NCBI RefSeq assembly: GCF_006345805.1 | Contig: NC_042998.1 | Span: forward strand, 59,582,001-59,646,000 | Direction of reading: 5' to 3' | Source: Octopus sinensis | Lineage: Eukaryota | DNA: 64,000 nucleotides | Program-made: the position numbers and the translations under genes | Part shown: positions 1 to 13,249 of the stretch, in pieces | Numbering within the stretch: position 1 is the first letter of the stretch | Layout of the letters: each line of letters begins with the position of its first letter | Notes under the pieces: generated by a model | What the model was told of the DNA's origin: nothing | The model's database searches: none | The model's input: the letters and a program-made list of their open reading frames with translations, nothing else

Positions 1-289
1 TGCTAATGATTCCTTGATGTTAAAAGTTGAGCTAAAAATGTATAAACACGCTAAGCATCCACGTTATCTTCGTTATCATTACCTAAGAGTTATTATCTTG
101 AGTCCTAGGTTCCCCAATTGCCATGACATGTAAGCGACCAAGATCACGACATTCTAACAGAACCGGCACCAGTCCGTCGCAGGGTCACTCATTTACGGCC
201 CAGTTGAATGGAGTGAATATGTAATTAGAGCAGGACGAGTTAGTGCTACTACGGTTAATGAGAGTGATGGTAAGTTTTGAAGAGAACTG

Positions 290-1440
290 CTTTACTTTGC
301 TGTTTTAATTACCGACAGAAAATAAATATTGTGCTGTGTTGAGTCAGGTGTTACAGATGACTGATGTGAAGGTTTTGTAGGATATTGATAGACATATTAT
401 TGGCCTATAATTTTGTGGTCGTAAGGTGAATTTGTTTCGGGGAATTAGGCTGGTTTGTCCTTCCTGCATCTAGTTTGGTGTTGATTCTGATTGGCTTATT
501 AATATGGGTATGGGTACTGTTGAAGTGTTTCAACCAGAAGTTGTGGAGCTTGTCTATCCCTGGAGTTTTCCACTTGCTTGTACACCACAGTGTGTCCGTG
601 ATTTCTTGGTATGTGGTGGTAGGCCATATTTGTAGTGCTATTTTGTTCTTCCTTTCTTTTTCCCTGATTATCAACAGAGCATCTTTGTTGTTTTATTATT
701 TGCTACAAATTTTGTTCCCTGTATGACTGAATCGCTGATGTTGTAGGTACGTCATCTATTGATATTGTTTTATTCTACTTCTTTTTGTTTAACACTTTGC
801 AAAAATCTCGTTTTTATTTTAAATTCTCTATTTTCTTGGAAGCAGCGCTCACGCCTTTCCTAGCGCTCTAAGCGGCAATTTCTTCTTGCTTCTTTTTTTG
901 TAAGTATATGTGTTTTCTTTTAACTCTTCATTTTTTATGTTGTGTTGTTTTGTTATATGGGTATTTTTCATATTTGATCCCTCTTTCTCTTGTTCACAGA
1001 GCAGTGATAGGTCTTCCTTCCGTTATTTTAATTTTAATTATTATGCACTTTTTCCATACTAGGGTTTGAGCATTAGCTGTTATTTTTCTCATCTTCGTAA
1101 GTCGAGTTTCCCTGTATCCCACTGCAGCTGTTGAGAAGATCAAGTGTTATAGTTTGTTGATATCAAATATATCTTTTGATATGGTCATTATTTATTGTAG
1201 AATTCTTTTGTATCAAATTATTCTTTCATAGAGCTGTTTATTTATTGAGTTATTTTATTTTTGTAGCCTTGAGAGACGTTTACGCTGAATCATAGTTATC
1301 GCCTTTGAGATATTTACTGCTATATCTGTTATTTCTTAGTCGGTTCGTCCCATCCTCGGTTATATTTGGTCTGTTATAGTGCGTGTTATTTTGTTTGTTG
1401 TTGTTTTGTGTTTCAGTATTTGCCTGTCCATGTACGTTGT
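290..1440 (-). mobile_element. Decayed R4/Dong-type non-LTR retrotransposon fragment (pre-RT and start of RT)
   Basis: Minus-strand translations TSKWKTPGIDKLHNFWLKHF and NYRPIICLSISYKTFTSVI match SSKWKSPEKDKIPNFWLNAF and NYRPITCLTTMYKTLTSV in the 34670-36775 ORF; multiple stops and frameshifts. Confidence 0.85.
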
Positions 1441-1483
1441 TGATTTGCTATGCTGTGCTATTTATTTCTGGCTTATTATTATT

Positions 1484-2038
1484 GAGTGAGAGAACAGTGC
1501 ATGCCATCAAAGTGAAACTGGGGTAAAATATACGAAACCCAGTATACCCATCATGACTACCCGTCTGATAAGGATACACTAGGCACATGCATCACAACCA
1601 TCTGTGCATGACATGGTGATCTCATATCAAGATAAACAGCACATGACCTTGCAGGTGGTGCCCAGTGAGAATTTTCTTATGATCGAGTAACCCGTCCCTC
1701 GCAATACGTCCCTGAATAAAGGTTGTTTAAGGATGTTGAACAAAACATCCATGTTTCCAGAGGGGAATTATTCAAACCCCAAACAATCCCTCTCAACACG
1801 TAGCTATGATGCTCCCCTACTACTTTTGCTTGTGATCAGAGATGCGCCTATCGTCAGCCACTAAGGGACTTTGTTAACTGGTTAAGGTCAAACAACTGAC
1901 GAGCAAATCTGTGGTATTGAGCAGAATATTTGCTGTAGCCCATCTTTTATGCCAAGACAAAACAATGTACATGATAACACTTCCAATCAGTTAGGATCAG
2001 AAGCCACGAGAGCCACTGCCTGGTACTGCATCAGGGCA
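1484..2038. mobile_element. ~550-bp non-coding interspersed repeat, copy 1, flanked by (TTA)n
   Basis: Closely similar to 2081-2632; partial third copy at 23447-23690; no ORF. Confidence 0.8.
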
Positions 2039-2080
<42 letters not shown>

Positions 2081-2631
2081 GAGTGAGAGAGCAGTTCATG
2101 CCATCAAAGTGACACTGGGGTAAAATATACGAAGCCCAATATACCCATCATGACTACCCGTCCGATAAAGGTACACCAGGCACATGCATCACAACCATAT
2201 GGGCGCGACATGGTGATCTCATATCAAGATAAACAGCACATGACCTTGCAGGTGGGGCCCAGTTAGAATTTTCTTCAAGTTGAGTAGCCCATCCCGCTCA
2301 AACGGTCCCTGAATAAGGGTTGTTTAAGGATGTTGAAAGAACCACCCATGTTTCCAGAGGTGAACTATTCAAACCCCAAAGAATCCCTCTCAACACATGG
2401 CTATGATGCTCCCCCACTACTTCTGCTCGTGATCAGAGATGCACATATCGTCAGCCACTGAGGGACATGCTCAACTGGTTATGGTCAAACAACTGACAAG
2501 CAAATCTGTGGTATTGAGCAGAATATTTGCTGTAGCCCATCTTTTATACCAAGACAAAACAATGTACATGATAACACTTCCAATCAGTTAAGATCAGAAG
2601 CCATGAGAGCCACTGCCTGGTACTTCAGGGC

Positions 2632-2632
<1 letters not shown>
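2081..2632. mobile_element. ~550-bp non-coding interspersed repeat, copy 2 (direct tandem), flanked by (TTA)n
   Basis: Same gagtgagaga...cagggca ends as copy 1; (TTA)n at 2040-2080 and 2633-2767. Confidence 0.8.
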
Positions 2633-2705
<73 letters not shown>

Positions 2706-2715
2706 TATATTATTA

Positions 2716-2753
<38 letters not shown>

Positions 2754-2767
2754 TATTATTATTATTA

Positions 2768-2930
2768 ACCGACGAGCTGGTAGAGTCATTACGCTTCCGG
2801 ACAAAATGCTTAGCGACATTTCGACCGACTTTACGTTCTGAAATTAAATGCCGCTGAGGTCGGCTCTATCTTACATCCTTTCAGGGTCGATAAAATAAGT
2901 ACCAGTCGAGCACCGGGTTCAATATAATTA
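2768..2930 (+). mobile_element. tRNA-derived SINE, family S2 (head gagctggcagaatcgttagc; core catcctttcggggtcgataaaataagtaccag)
   Basis: A-box-like head, degenerate B box and conserved central domain; related copies at 8652, 9500, 13250, 36773. Confidence 0.8.
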
Positions 2931-2949
2931 CCCTTTGTTTTATATAAGC

Positions 2950-3800
2950 TGTTCCAAGTCTTACCTCAGAGACCTCGAATAACAGCAATTTCGATCTTTC
3001 ACTGAGTTTTATTTATAAGCAATAACATATTATAGGGAAAGGGGACCCGGGAGAACATTTTTGTAGTTCTGATATTTTGGGTTACCTGATATTTGGCCAT
3101 AGTGTTTAAGATTGCTCTTAATCATCACACATAGAGTTGTTGTTCTTAGATAGTAGCTTTTTGAGACTTCTATTTCAAGATCATTGTATTTACTTAACTA
3201 TTCAAATGTGTTTTAAAGATATGTTGGTAGCTTGTTTGATTTGACATATCTGTGAGCAGGCATGTTTGTCAACATCATTTTTACTACAATATTAGGTCTA
3301 TCGTCCTGAAAAGCTCAATTAGTTTCAGTTGTAAAGTCCCAAAGAACGGTGATATCTTTGTTTTCTTGTAACTTAGCAGATTGATGTTCCCATCAGTTCT
3401 TATCAAAAATGAGACCAATGCCACAGTATATGATCCAAAGCAATTACTGACCAAGTCGACAATGGGGATTAGTTGGCTCTTTTGAGCTTAACAGTACATC
3501 CAGAGATTGCTTTTCTAGTTGCGCCATTAAAGCGGCCAGCAGGATCAGTACCATTTCTAAGAACGCTTGCTAGGTAGTTTCTGGTGGGCAGATATGGAAA
3601 CGCTGTCAGGAGGGATTAACCGAGATTTGCGCAGAGCGCAAACCTTTTTTCATGCGTTCGTACACTGTCCCAGTAGTTGCTGACTTGCGGAATAAGGTCG
3701 AACAGCTGTTGTCGCGTATTGAATGATTCCGTGTATCAGTAGAATCTATTGTGAGGATTACCCAACCACCCAGCTACCCATAAGACAGATTAGACGGTGT
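2950..3800 (-). mobile_element. Decayed R4/Dong-type LINE 3' part (zinc knuckle and RLE endonuclease region)
   Basis: Minus-strand TRNYLASVLRNGTDP...AISGC and ITVLWDF...RPNIVVK align with TRNYQANVMKNGADPKC...LISGC and VTILWDF...KPDIVVK of 57195-58412. Confidence 0.8.
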
Positions 3801-4166
3801 TCCATTATCTAGTGACTAAGGCGGAAGAGGTTATGTGGTGAACAAGGTTGAAAAGATTGTGGAAAGACGCTTTCCTCTTCGCTCAAGTTCTCATACACAT
3901 ATCTTATTTTCTACATAGAACGGAAAGTGAAAGTGGAGATGAAAGTGCTACTTTCCAGTGAACTTGTAAAAAGATGGGTAACTATGAGAATGTTTAGAGT
4001 AAATGGCCCCATTCTAAACAAGAGCCTATAGACTGAAGAGCAACAATTGGAAGAGGGCTCATGTCTTTGGTGGTCAGAGTAATCCTGGATCTGTGAGTAC
4101 CCTTGCTTAACTCTGGAAATTTTTATTCCTTTATGTGATATCCATGATATCACATTCATTATATGC

Positions 4167-4220
<54 letters not shown>

Positions 4221-4224
<4 letters not shown>

Positions 4225-4298
4225 GTCCCGGGTTGATTCGGGGTTAACCACAGTAAATAAGGTACTCAATACATAGCAGAGTACAATCAATTTATTAT
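4221..4298 (-). mobile_element. 3' tail of the hammerhead-bearing Penelope-type repeat (family A)
   Basis: Reverse complement of the tail at 14740-14817 and 28713-28779; embedded in (AT)n. Confidence 0.8.
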
Positions 4299-4299
4299 A

Positions 4300-4300
4300 C

Positions 4301-4333
<33 letters not shown>

Positions 4334-4737
4334 CATATGTGTACCTATACATACCTACACATACACACATATATATACATACAAAAACAGACCCATTCCC
4401 TAATTTTAATTTTATTATCTTCATTTATTACTTTTGTTATCTTTGACCGCTGGTCACAAGCATCTTGGCTATGACAGCAAGTCCATTAATCTTTCTACTT
4501 GAAAACAAGCACTCATTTACGCACGCACACTCATTAGCACGCACGCTCACTCATTCGTACCCTCATACACATACACGCACGCACGCGTTATATTCATACA
4601 TACATACATCTACATACATTCACGTATATACACATACGTACACGTACCTACAGATTCATGTCTACACCCTTAGAAGGCTAGTCTATACATATGCACCAAT
4701 AAATATATATACACACATACATATACACTACATACAA

Positions 4738-4768
<31 letters not shown>

Positions 4769-4989
4769 CATATATATTATATATATATATATAATATATA
4801 TATATACATATACACATACATACATACACATACACACATACACATACATACGTATACATACATACATACATCCATACATACATACATACATACATATATA
4901 CACATACACACACCCACACGTATACATATACATACATATATATACGCGCATGCATACACACACAAATACATACACATACACATATACAT

Positions 4990-5028
<39 letters not shown>

Positions 5029-5650
5029 CATACACATACATACATATACATACATACATATACAAATATACGCACACACATACATACATATATACACATA
5101 CACGCACATACACATGTACATGCGTACCCATACACACACACACACGCGCGCATCCATATATACACACAAGTACACACATTCGTAAAAGTATACATATATC
5201 TATGCTTACACATACACACACACGCGCGCCTCCTTATATTCATACTTACATGCATACTCAAAAAATAAATAATAATAAATATTAATAAATATTAAGTATA
5301 TGTACGTGCAGTTACCTATTATACAGACGGATACATACATATAAACTTACACACACATATATATAATATATATATATATATACATACACATGTATATATA
5401 CATATATATATATATACATACCTACACTTATGTACATATACATACACACATAGATAACTCTACGTGCCTACATATACATAAACACACGAGCGTACACGTA
5501 TATGTACATATACACATACACATACACACATATACACATACATACACATACATACATACATATATACACAACACCACCCACACGTATACATATCATACAT
5601 ATATATACGCTGCATACACACACACAAATACATACACATACACATATAAT

Positions 5651-5683
<33 letters not shown>

Positions 5684-6002
5684 CATACATACACATACAT
5701 ACATATACATACATACATATAAAATATACGCACACACATACATACATATATACACATACACGCACATACACATGTACATGCGTACCCATACACACACAAC
5801 GCGCGCATCATATATACACACAAGTACACACATTCGTAAAAGTATACATATATCTATGCTTACACATACACACACACGCGCGCCTCCTTATATTCATACT
5901 TACATGCATACTCAAAAAATAAATAATAATAAATATTAATAAATATTAAGTATATGTACGTGCAGTTACCTATTATACAGACGGATACATACATATAAAC
6001 TT

Positions 6003-6046
<44 letters not shown>

Positions 6047-6161
6047 TATATATACATACACATGTATATATACATATATATATATATATACATACACATA
6101 TATACACATACATACACATACATACATATATACACATACATACATACATATACATACATAC

Positions 6162-6194
<33 letters not shown>

Positions 6195-6338
6195 TACACA
6201 TACACATATATACACATACATACACATACATACATACATATATACACACACACCCATACATATATATATATATATATATATGTACATATATATATATATA
6301 CATACACATATACACACACATATATATATATATATGTA

Positions 6339-6371
<33 letters not shown>

Positions 6372-6508
6372 ATATGTATGTATATATGTGTGTAAGTGTG
6401 TGTATATATGTATATGTAAGTGTGTGTGCGTGTATGAGTATGTATGTATGTATGTATGTATACGTATGTATGTGTATGTATATATATATATGTATATATA
6501 TATGTACA

Positions 6509-6549
<41 letters not shown>

Positions 6550-6710
6550 GGTGTGTGTGTATATATGTGTGTATGTATGTGTATGTATATGCATATGTGT
6601 GTGTGTATGTGTATGTGTATATGTACATATACGTGTACGCTCGTGTGTTTATGTATATGTAGGCACGTAGAGTTATCTATGTGTATGTATATGTACATAA
6701 GTGTAGGTAT

Positions 6711-6781
<71 letters not shown>

Positions 6782-7026
6782 ATTATTTATTTTTTGAGTA
6801 TGCATGTAAGTATGAATATAAGGAGGCGCGTGTGTGTGTGTATGTATAAGCATAGATATATGTATACTTTTACGCATGTGTGTACTTGTGTGTATATATG
6901 GATGCGCGCGTGTGTGTGTGTGTATGAGTACGCATGTACATGTGTATGTGCGTGTATGTGTATATGTGTATGTATGTGTGTGCGTATATTTGTATATGTA
7001 TGTATGTATATGTATGTATGTGTATG

Positions 7027-7071
<45 letters not shown>

Positions 7072-7262
7072 ATGTATATGTGTATGTGTATGTATTTGTG
7101 TGTGTATGCATGCGCGTATATATATGTATGTATATGTATACGTGTGGGTGTGTGTATGTGTATATATGTATGTATGTATGGATGTATGGATGTATGTATG
7201 TATACGTATGTATGTGTATGTGTGTATGTGTATGTATGTATGTGTATATGTATATATATATT

Positions 7263-7297
<35 letters not shown>

Positions 7298-7745
7298 GTA
7301 TGTATTTGTATGTAGGTGCATATGTATGTGTGTATATATATTTATTGGTGCATATGTATAGACTAGACTTCTAAGGGTGTAGACATGAATCTGTAGGTAC
7401 GTGTACGTATGTGTATATACGTGAATGTATGTAGATGTATGTATGTATGAATATAACGCGTGCGTGCGTGTATGTGTATGAGGGTACGAATGAGTGAGCG
7501 TGCGTGCTAATGAGTGTGCGTGCGTAAATGAGTGCTTGTTTTCAAGTAGAAAGATTAATGGACTTGCTGTCATAGCCAAGATGCTTGTGACCAGCGGTCA
7601 AAGATAACAAAAGTAATAAATGAAGATAATAAAATTAAAATTAGGGAATGGGTCTGTTTTTGTATGTATATATATGTGTGTATGTGTAGGTATGTATAGG
7701 TACACATATGTATATATATATATGTATATATATGTATATATATGT
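4300..7745. repeat. ~3.4-kb imperfect palindrome of AT/AC/ATAC mosaic plus unique spacers, with a ~650-bp tandem duplication in the left arm
   Basis: Unique block 4386-4690 is the near-perfect reverse complement of 7340-7655; 5225-5275 is inverted at 6780-6830; 5415-5500 is inverted at 6630-6710; centre near 6320. Confidence 0.9.
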
Positions 7746-8229
7746 GTGTATGTTTATATATGTGTATATAGGGACTTGTGTGTTGTGTGTGGTGTTGTGT
7801 GTGCATGTGTGTATGTGGATATGTGTGTGTATGCGTGTATGTGTATGTGTGTGTATGTATATATATTTTTCTGTATGTATATGTATGTGTGGTCGTGTGT
7901 GTATATATATATGTGTGTATATGTGTATGCATGTGTGTGTGTATGTATATATATATATATGTATATATATAGATATATATATATGTATGTGTATGTGTAG
8001 ATATGTGTATGTATGTGTATGTGTATATATATGTATATGTGTGTGTATGTATGTGTGTATGTATATATGTGTGTATGTGTATATATGTATACATGTGTGT
8101 ATAGGTATAAGTGAGAATCCCCTTATTTACCTAAAACTCTATTCTTTTTTTATTTTTTATTTTTTTATTTTTTATTTTATTTTTTTATTTTTTTATTTTT
8201 TTATTTTTATTTTTTTATTCTTTTATTTA

Positions 8230-8438
8230 TTCTTTTATCTAATTTACCACTGACTCCTTGACCACTCCCCCAAGTATGATATTTTGCGCTATGCCTACCC
8301 CCAAAAAGTCCCCCACCACCACCCCTTTAAACCTGCCTAAATGTATAAATGCCAATACAATTCTTGTTAAGTAGCTTCCTGAAGATTTCTCTTGAATGAA
8401 ACAGTTCTAGTCCTGTAGAAGCTCCTTCTATATAATAA

Positions 8439-8440
<2 letters not shown>
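8230..8440 (+). mobile_element. Penelope-type terminal repeat (family A) carrying a hammerhead motif
   Basis: Contains the 8374-8422 motif and is followed by (AT)n; sequence shared with 14621-14740 and 28658-28712. Confidence 0.7.
8374..8422 (+). ncRNA. Type I hammerhead ribozyme motif (family A)
   Basis: GCTTC-CTGAAGA-TTTC TCTT GAAT-GAAA-CAG TTCTAGTC CTG-TA-GAAGC: stem I GCTTC/GAAGC, core CUGAnGA and GAAA, stem III CAG/CTG, GUA cleavage triplet; stem II starts with a U.U mismatch. Confidence 0.75.
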
Positions 8441-8473
<33 letters not shown>

Positions 8474-8651
8474 CATACATATATATATATTATCGCATTT
8501 TACCCACTTTTCCATTTCTTAGTCCCCATCCTTTACGTAAATCCCAGCACAAATTATTGTCTGTCTTTGTGACATTCCCCTCATCTATGCCTCTGTGTCT
8601 AATAAAAGGAACTGCTACTACTATTACCACCACCACTACTACTATTACTAA

Positions 8652-8810
8652 ATTGGCTGAATCGTTAGCGCGCTAGACAAAATGCTTAGCGTAATTTCCT
8701 CCGTCTCTTTACGTTCTGAGGTCGAATATCGCCGAGAACTTTTCCCTTCACCCTTTTGAGATTGACAAAGTACCAGTTGAGCACCGGGGACGATCTCATC
8801 GTTTGTATCT
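8652..8810 (+). mobile_element. SINE family S2, diverged copy
   Basis: gaatcgttagcgcgctagacaaaatgcttagc...tttacgttctgag...gtaccagttgagcaccgggg matches 2768-2930. Confidence 0.75.
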
Positions 8811-9499
8811 ACCCTTTAAAATTGCTGTACTTTTGCTTAAGTTTTGAAAGTATTGTTATTTTTTCACTCTATTCAATATTTGCAGTTTTCGAATACATTC
8901 ATGCATTGTTTGAAGAAGGTCCTTCATCGAAACCACAAACATACCACCTGTTATTATTCTGAAACATAATGTCATACTGTATAATAAACCACATTTACTG
9001 TAATGCCTTGGTGCATTTGGACTTATCTGAGACTATTTCAGATTGTCGTTACTTAATCTCCATTGTTTATCATAATACATATTGCAAATATAATTAATTA
9101 ATTTTTATCAATATATTGTTCTTCAGTCCTCTTCAGTGTTTATGTAAATAGCTCAAAATTATTCTTATTTACTATGTATATGGAATTTTTTTTTGTTATA
9201 TCATTTGTGTGTTTTACGAAAACAGAAGAATAGTATAAGACTTGAAACATAACATCAGGCTATACGTAATTGAAATTCATATTTAAATTAAGTTTATTGT
9301 CTTTATATCAAATCATTATAATTAACAAAATCAAGGAAGTAGCTTAGCTCAATTGCTGGGTATAAATTAAATAAACTCATTCTTTGTTACGATATGTCAT
9401 TTACGGGATATATCTTGACTATAGATTTCTTTTCTACTCTCTTCATCTTCTATTTTCTAATAAGAAGGGTTCTCATTGCAACTTGAAAAATAAAATCCA

Positions 9500-9838
9500 G
9501 TTTTTGTTCCGGCTCATTACGTTCTGATTTCGAACCCCGCCGAGGTCAACTTTACCCTTCATCCTTCCAGACTGAAAAAGTCGATTGAGTTTATTTTTCT
9601 CTCTTCTTTAAATTTCCTTTATAATACCTTGGAAGAAATTATTATCTGTAGGAAAAAGTTTAAAACAGGTATTTCTTGTGTGTTTACGTCTCCGTAACTT
9701 AGCGGTACGGCAAGAGAGACCGATAGAATAAGTACTAGGCTTACAAAGAATAAGTTCTGGGGTCGATTTGCTCGACTAAAAGGCGGTACTCTAGAATGGC
9801 CGCAGTCAAATGACTAAAACAAGTAAAAGAGTAAAAGA
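9500..9838 (+). mobile_element. Partial SINE S2 (9500-9600) followed by the 3' half of SINE S1 (9675-9838)
   Basis: ccgccgaggtcaactttacccttcatcc; then gaccgatagaataagtactaggc...gcagtcaaatgactaaaacaagtaaaagag. Confidence 0.75.
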
Positions 9839-11239
9839 ATATTTCTAAGATAACCCTCTTGCTACGGCTTAATATTTAGGTACGCCGAAAACGAAACAGG
9901 AGTGACACAATATAATCCCTGGTTTGAAATCCCAGCCTGACGCTGCTTGTCTTTAGAAGAGATTTCTCAGTTGTTAGTTTTCCCTGGAGGTTTCTCGTTC
10001 AGATGCAGGGATACGTGATTTAAACTTCCTGTTTTACTTAGTCATTTAATAAAATAAGTATACTGTTTTATGAGAAAATATCTTTCGAAAACACTGTTAC
10101 AGACTAGGATCAGATTTAATGTCACATAGAGTGATATTATGAGGTCATTCTTTAATTAAATTGCTTAATTAAAGCTTTACAATCCAACAGATTCATTCCT
10201 GCAATCAAACACGATCTACATATTGTAAATGTTAAAACGTGCGCATGCATGGAAGTACACGAACGCAAGCAATCACTAACCTTAAAAGCAGTTTATGAAA
10301 TCTCCACAAATTAAGGCATATTAAGACACTACAAGCAATGCATAATCGACAAAGGGTGATTATCAGTACTACACTGTAATCAATTAAGTTCCGGAGTAAA
10401 CTAAGATATTGTATCAGTTCGATCTAAAATGACAGAAGAACCTAACAAGAACCAATATCACTACAGAGGACGACATTGAAACGATGAGGATATAAGGTAC
10501 ATGAAGATTACAATGAAACACATGTACAATAACAAAATAAAAAACACATAAAAATTTCTAGACGTTTCATCATCAGCAGTTTATCGAAAATCATTATAGT
10601 TTCGATATGTGGGCAATACCATTCAATATGATAGAGTCAACAGTACCAAAAGTATAAATGCTGCTTGAGAGGCCAAGCATAAGCTCAATATGTTTCTTGC
10701 TTTGACAACTGCTTAAGCTTACTAAGCAAACAACGTTGGACGTGCGGGTGACATTGCTACTTAATGAACGATAACAGAATCAAAACGAATAGACCGTAAC
10801 GAAAATGTACGTATTAAACTTAAATTAAGTAAAATAAAGATATACCAAAACGGACAATGACTTATAAAGAACTTTAAACGGAAACGAAATAAATGTAGCA
10901 AACTCAAATTAATAAACTTATGACAGAATTAAACAAGTTACCAAACATATACTACTCTTAACTATGGAAAATATGACCAGAATATAACATACCACCATTC
11001 CGAAAAATTAATCTTTCAACGTAAACGACATAAATCATCCCACGTTGCACCAAAATAAATGAAATTTAATAAACAATGACAGACCTACAGCTATGAAAAC
11101 CTATGGATTAATTAAATTAAATGAGAATCAAAACAGACATTACCACCTAAAGAACTAGAAAACATAATTAAAAGTCAACAAAACATACTGAATTGAAGTT
11201 ACTAAACACATAAATCATAAAATGTAAATTGTGATGATG

Positions 11240-12024
11240 GTGGAGGATATCAACACCTTACTTTTTTTCTAAAATGCACCATAAATGTTTAATAATATTG
11301 AAATCTGGGGTCTGTGGTGGCCAGATAAGATGCTCAACTTCTCTAGATGTTTCTCAAATGCTTCTTTTGGCTGACGCCATAATTTACCTTATTTCCGACT
11401 GGTGGTCGGAAATAAGGTAAAGAATAACTTGTCTGAGAAAATAACATTCTTCGGCGTCTCTAGGGACCAATTCTGTAGGTCTATACTCCACTCCAAATGC
11501 TTTGCAATGTTTGCTTTTGATATTAGTGGTTTTCTGCTTGCAGCCCTCCTGTGAAATCTGGCTTTGTGCAACTCCCGGTAAACAGTTATGTGAAAAGTGG
11601 GTTCTTGAGGATATCAGTATGCACTGCAGTAATTTTGTGATCTATTCTAACAATTTGCGTAAGAGTCCGACGGTCCCTATCTCAGAGTTTTGGTTTTCTT
11701 CCGGAGTTTTGTCTCGACGACGAGGTTTTTCCCTTTCTCAAAGTCTGTCATTACTCTCGAAACATTAATTCTTGATACACCAAACGAAATAAGTACGTAA
11801 CGAGACGGTTTTGAAAGTTCGATAGATCTGTCATTTTAATGAAATTTAATTACCTTTTTTCTGATGATATCTGAAAAGAAACAGTAAGTTTAGCAAAACA
11901 TATTAAGTAACGCAAAGAATAAATCAAAAACCATAAAAATAAACAAGCTTTTGACGGTTTTATAGATCTTCCAAAATTATGATGCTGTGATGCTAGTTGT
12001 TTCCATTATTTTTCCAACCCTGTA
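11240..12024 (-). mobile_element. Internally deleted Tc1-like DNA transposon relic
   Basis: Minus strand RKPLISKANIAKHLEW...VIFSDKLFFTLFPT and WPPQTPDFNIIKHLWCILEK; terminus TA-CAGGGTTGGAAAAATAATGGAAAC at 12024. Confidence 0.85.
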
Positions 12025-12060
12025 TACACACAGAGATACACACAGAGATACACACACACG

Positions 12061-12092
<32 letters not shown>

Positions 12093-13249
12093 CACAAACA
12101 CAAACACTACTAACGTATTGAAATTTTAACAAGACTATATACACTTTGTAAGTTCAACTTCATAAACTTCGTTCATCGATAGCTTATGACATGACAAATA
12201 TCTTCATTAATTTATATTTCTTCTTTTGGAACAATGACCTAGGTTTTATATTTTAAAAAAGGATGTGACTCCTAGCGTTAGCGACAAGTATCTTTTGACT
12301 TAAACTCAGATATATTGTGCAGTATGTTGTTCCTCTTTTCGAAGACGATACATTACGATTCCTCGGTGAAAGTCACCCTTAGTTATCATAGCTATAGAAG
12401 AGATGTTTCGAGAAGAGAGCGCAATAGCAATTAGCGATTCTTCATGATCATCTGAACTGCTAGAAATAGAAGCTATATATAACTCACTGTCAACTTAAAG
12501 AGTGAAATGATACAATGCGCCCATGCAATTCCCTTTAAACTCCAACTACTCTCGGAATTTCTTTGAACTTCTTTGGTTGAGCAGTCGCACAAAATTTGCA
12601 TCGTATGGGCCAGGTATTGGAATCCAGCTTATTGTTATTTTTCATTGATGTACACATCATCTGGAAGTATATAACAGATTATATGTCATTTCTTCCTGTG
12701 CAATCATACTTTTCCTGATTGGTGTTTCCATTCACTGGAACCCTTAATATCTTAAAAACGGAATGAAACCCAAAAATCCTCCACCGTAAATCTGAAATGT
12801 CTTCTTTGTGTACAATAATTTCTTTTGATCTTCTACGGGAGAGAAGATGTATGCTCGTTTCTTTTTTCTAATCATTCCTTTGAGCAGAATATTTAATCCT
12901 TTCACAGATGATATACTATGTATATATCCAAGAGAAACACACAACAAGGTTAGTCTGAAAGTAAGTATGCTTGTATAACTACTTGACATTAAAATGTGGT
13001 GTAATTCACAACTAAGAGAATATGGCATCAGCATGAATTCAGAAAGATATTGTTTGGTTTGTCTTGCTGTATTCAGTTTTGTCTTGATTTGAAGATAACT
13101 TTAATAATCTGGTCGTCTGTTTAAAAGTGGGTGACATTTGCATTCCATCTGCATAGCATGACGAAAACCGGAAATTATCGCTTTTCGACGTATTACACTG
13201 ATGTGTGGACAGAAATAACAACGCTGGTTATAACCTTTCTATTACAGGC

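Noticed and set aside
1970-2038. Possible HDV-like ribozyme at one end of the 550-bp element
   Set aside because: A P3/L3-like segment exists but no P1, P1.1 or J4/2 could be built.
3911-4160. Possible host exon after a pyrimidine-rich AG
   Set aside because: Stops in all plus frames within a short distance and no recognisable protein.
4465-8253. Many 100-240 aa ORFs rich in Y/I/H/T or M/C/V/Y
   Set aside because: Translations of AT/AC/ATAC microsatellite mosaics, which lack stop codons; no protein signal. The same applies to poly-I/L/R/E/K/S/T ORFs elsewhere.
8906-8940. ttgaagaaggtcc...cgaaacc hammerhead-like string
   Set aside because: Stem III/cleavage triplet missing and stem II poor; at most a decayed remnant.
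10560-10585. Minus-strand CTGATGA-T-GAAACGTC
   Set aside because: No stem II; cannot fold as a hammerhead.
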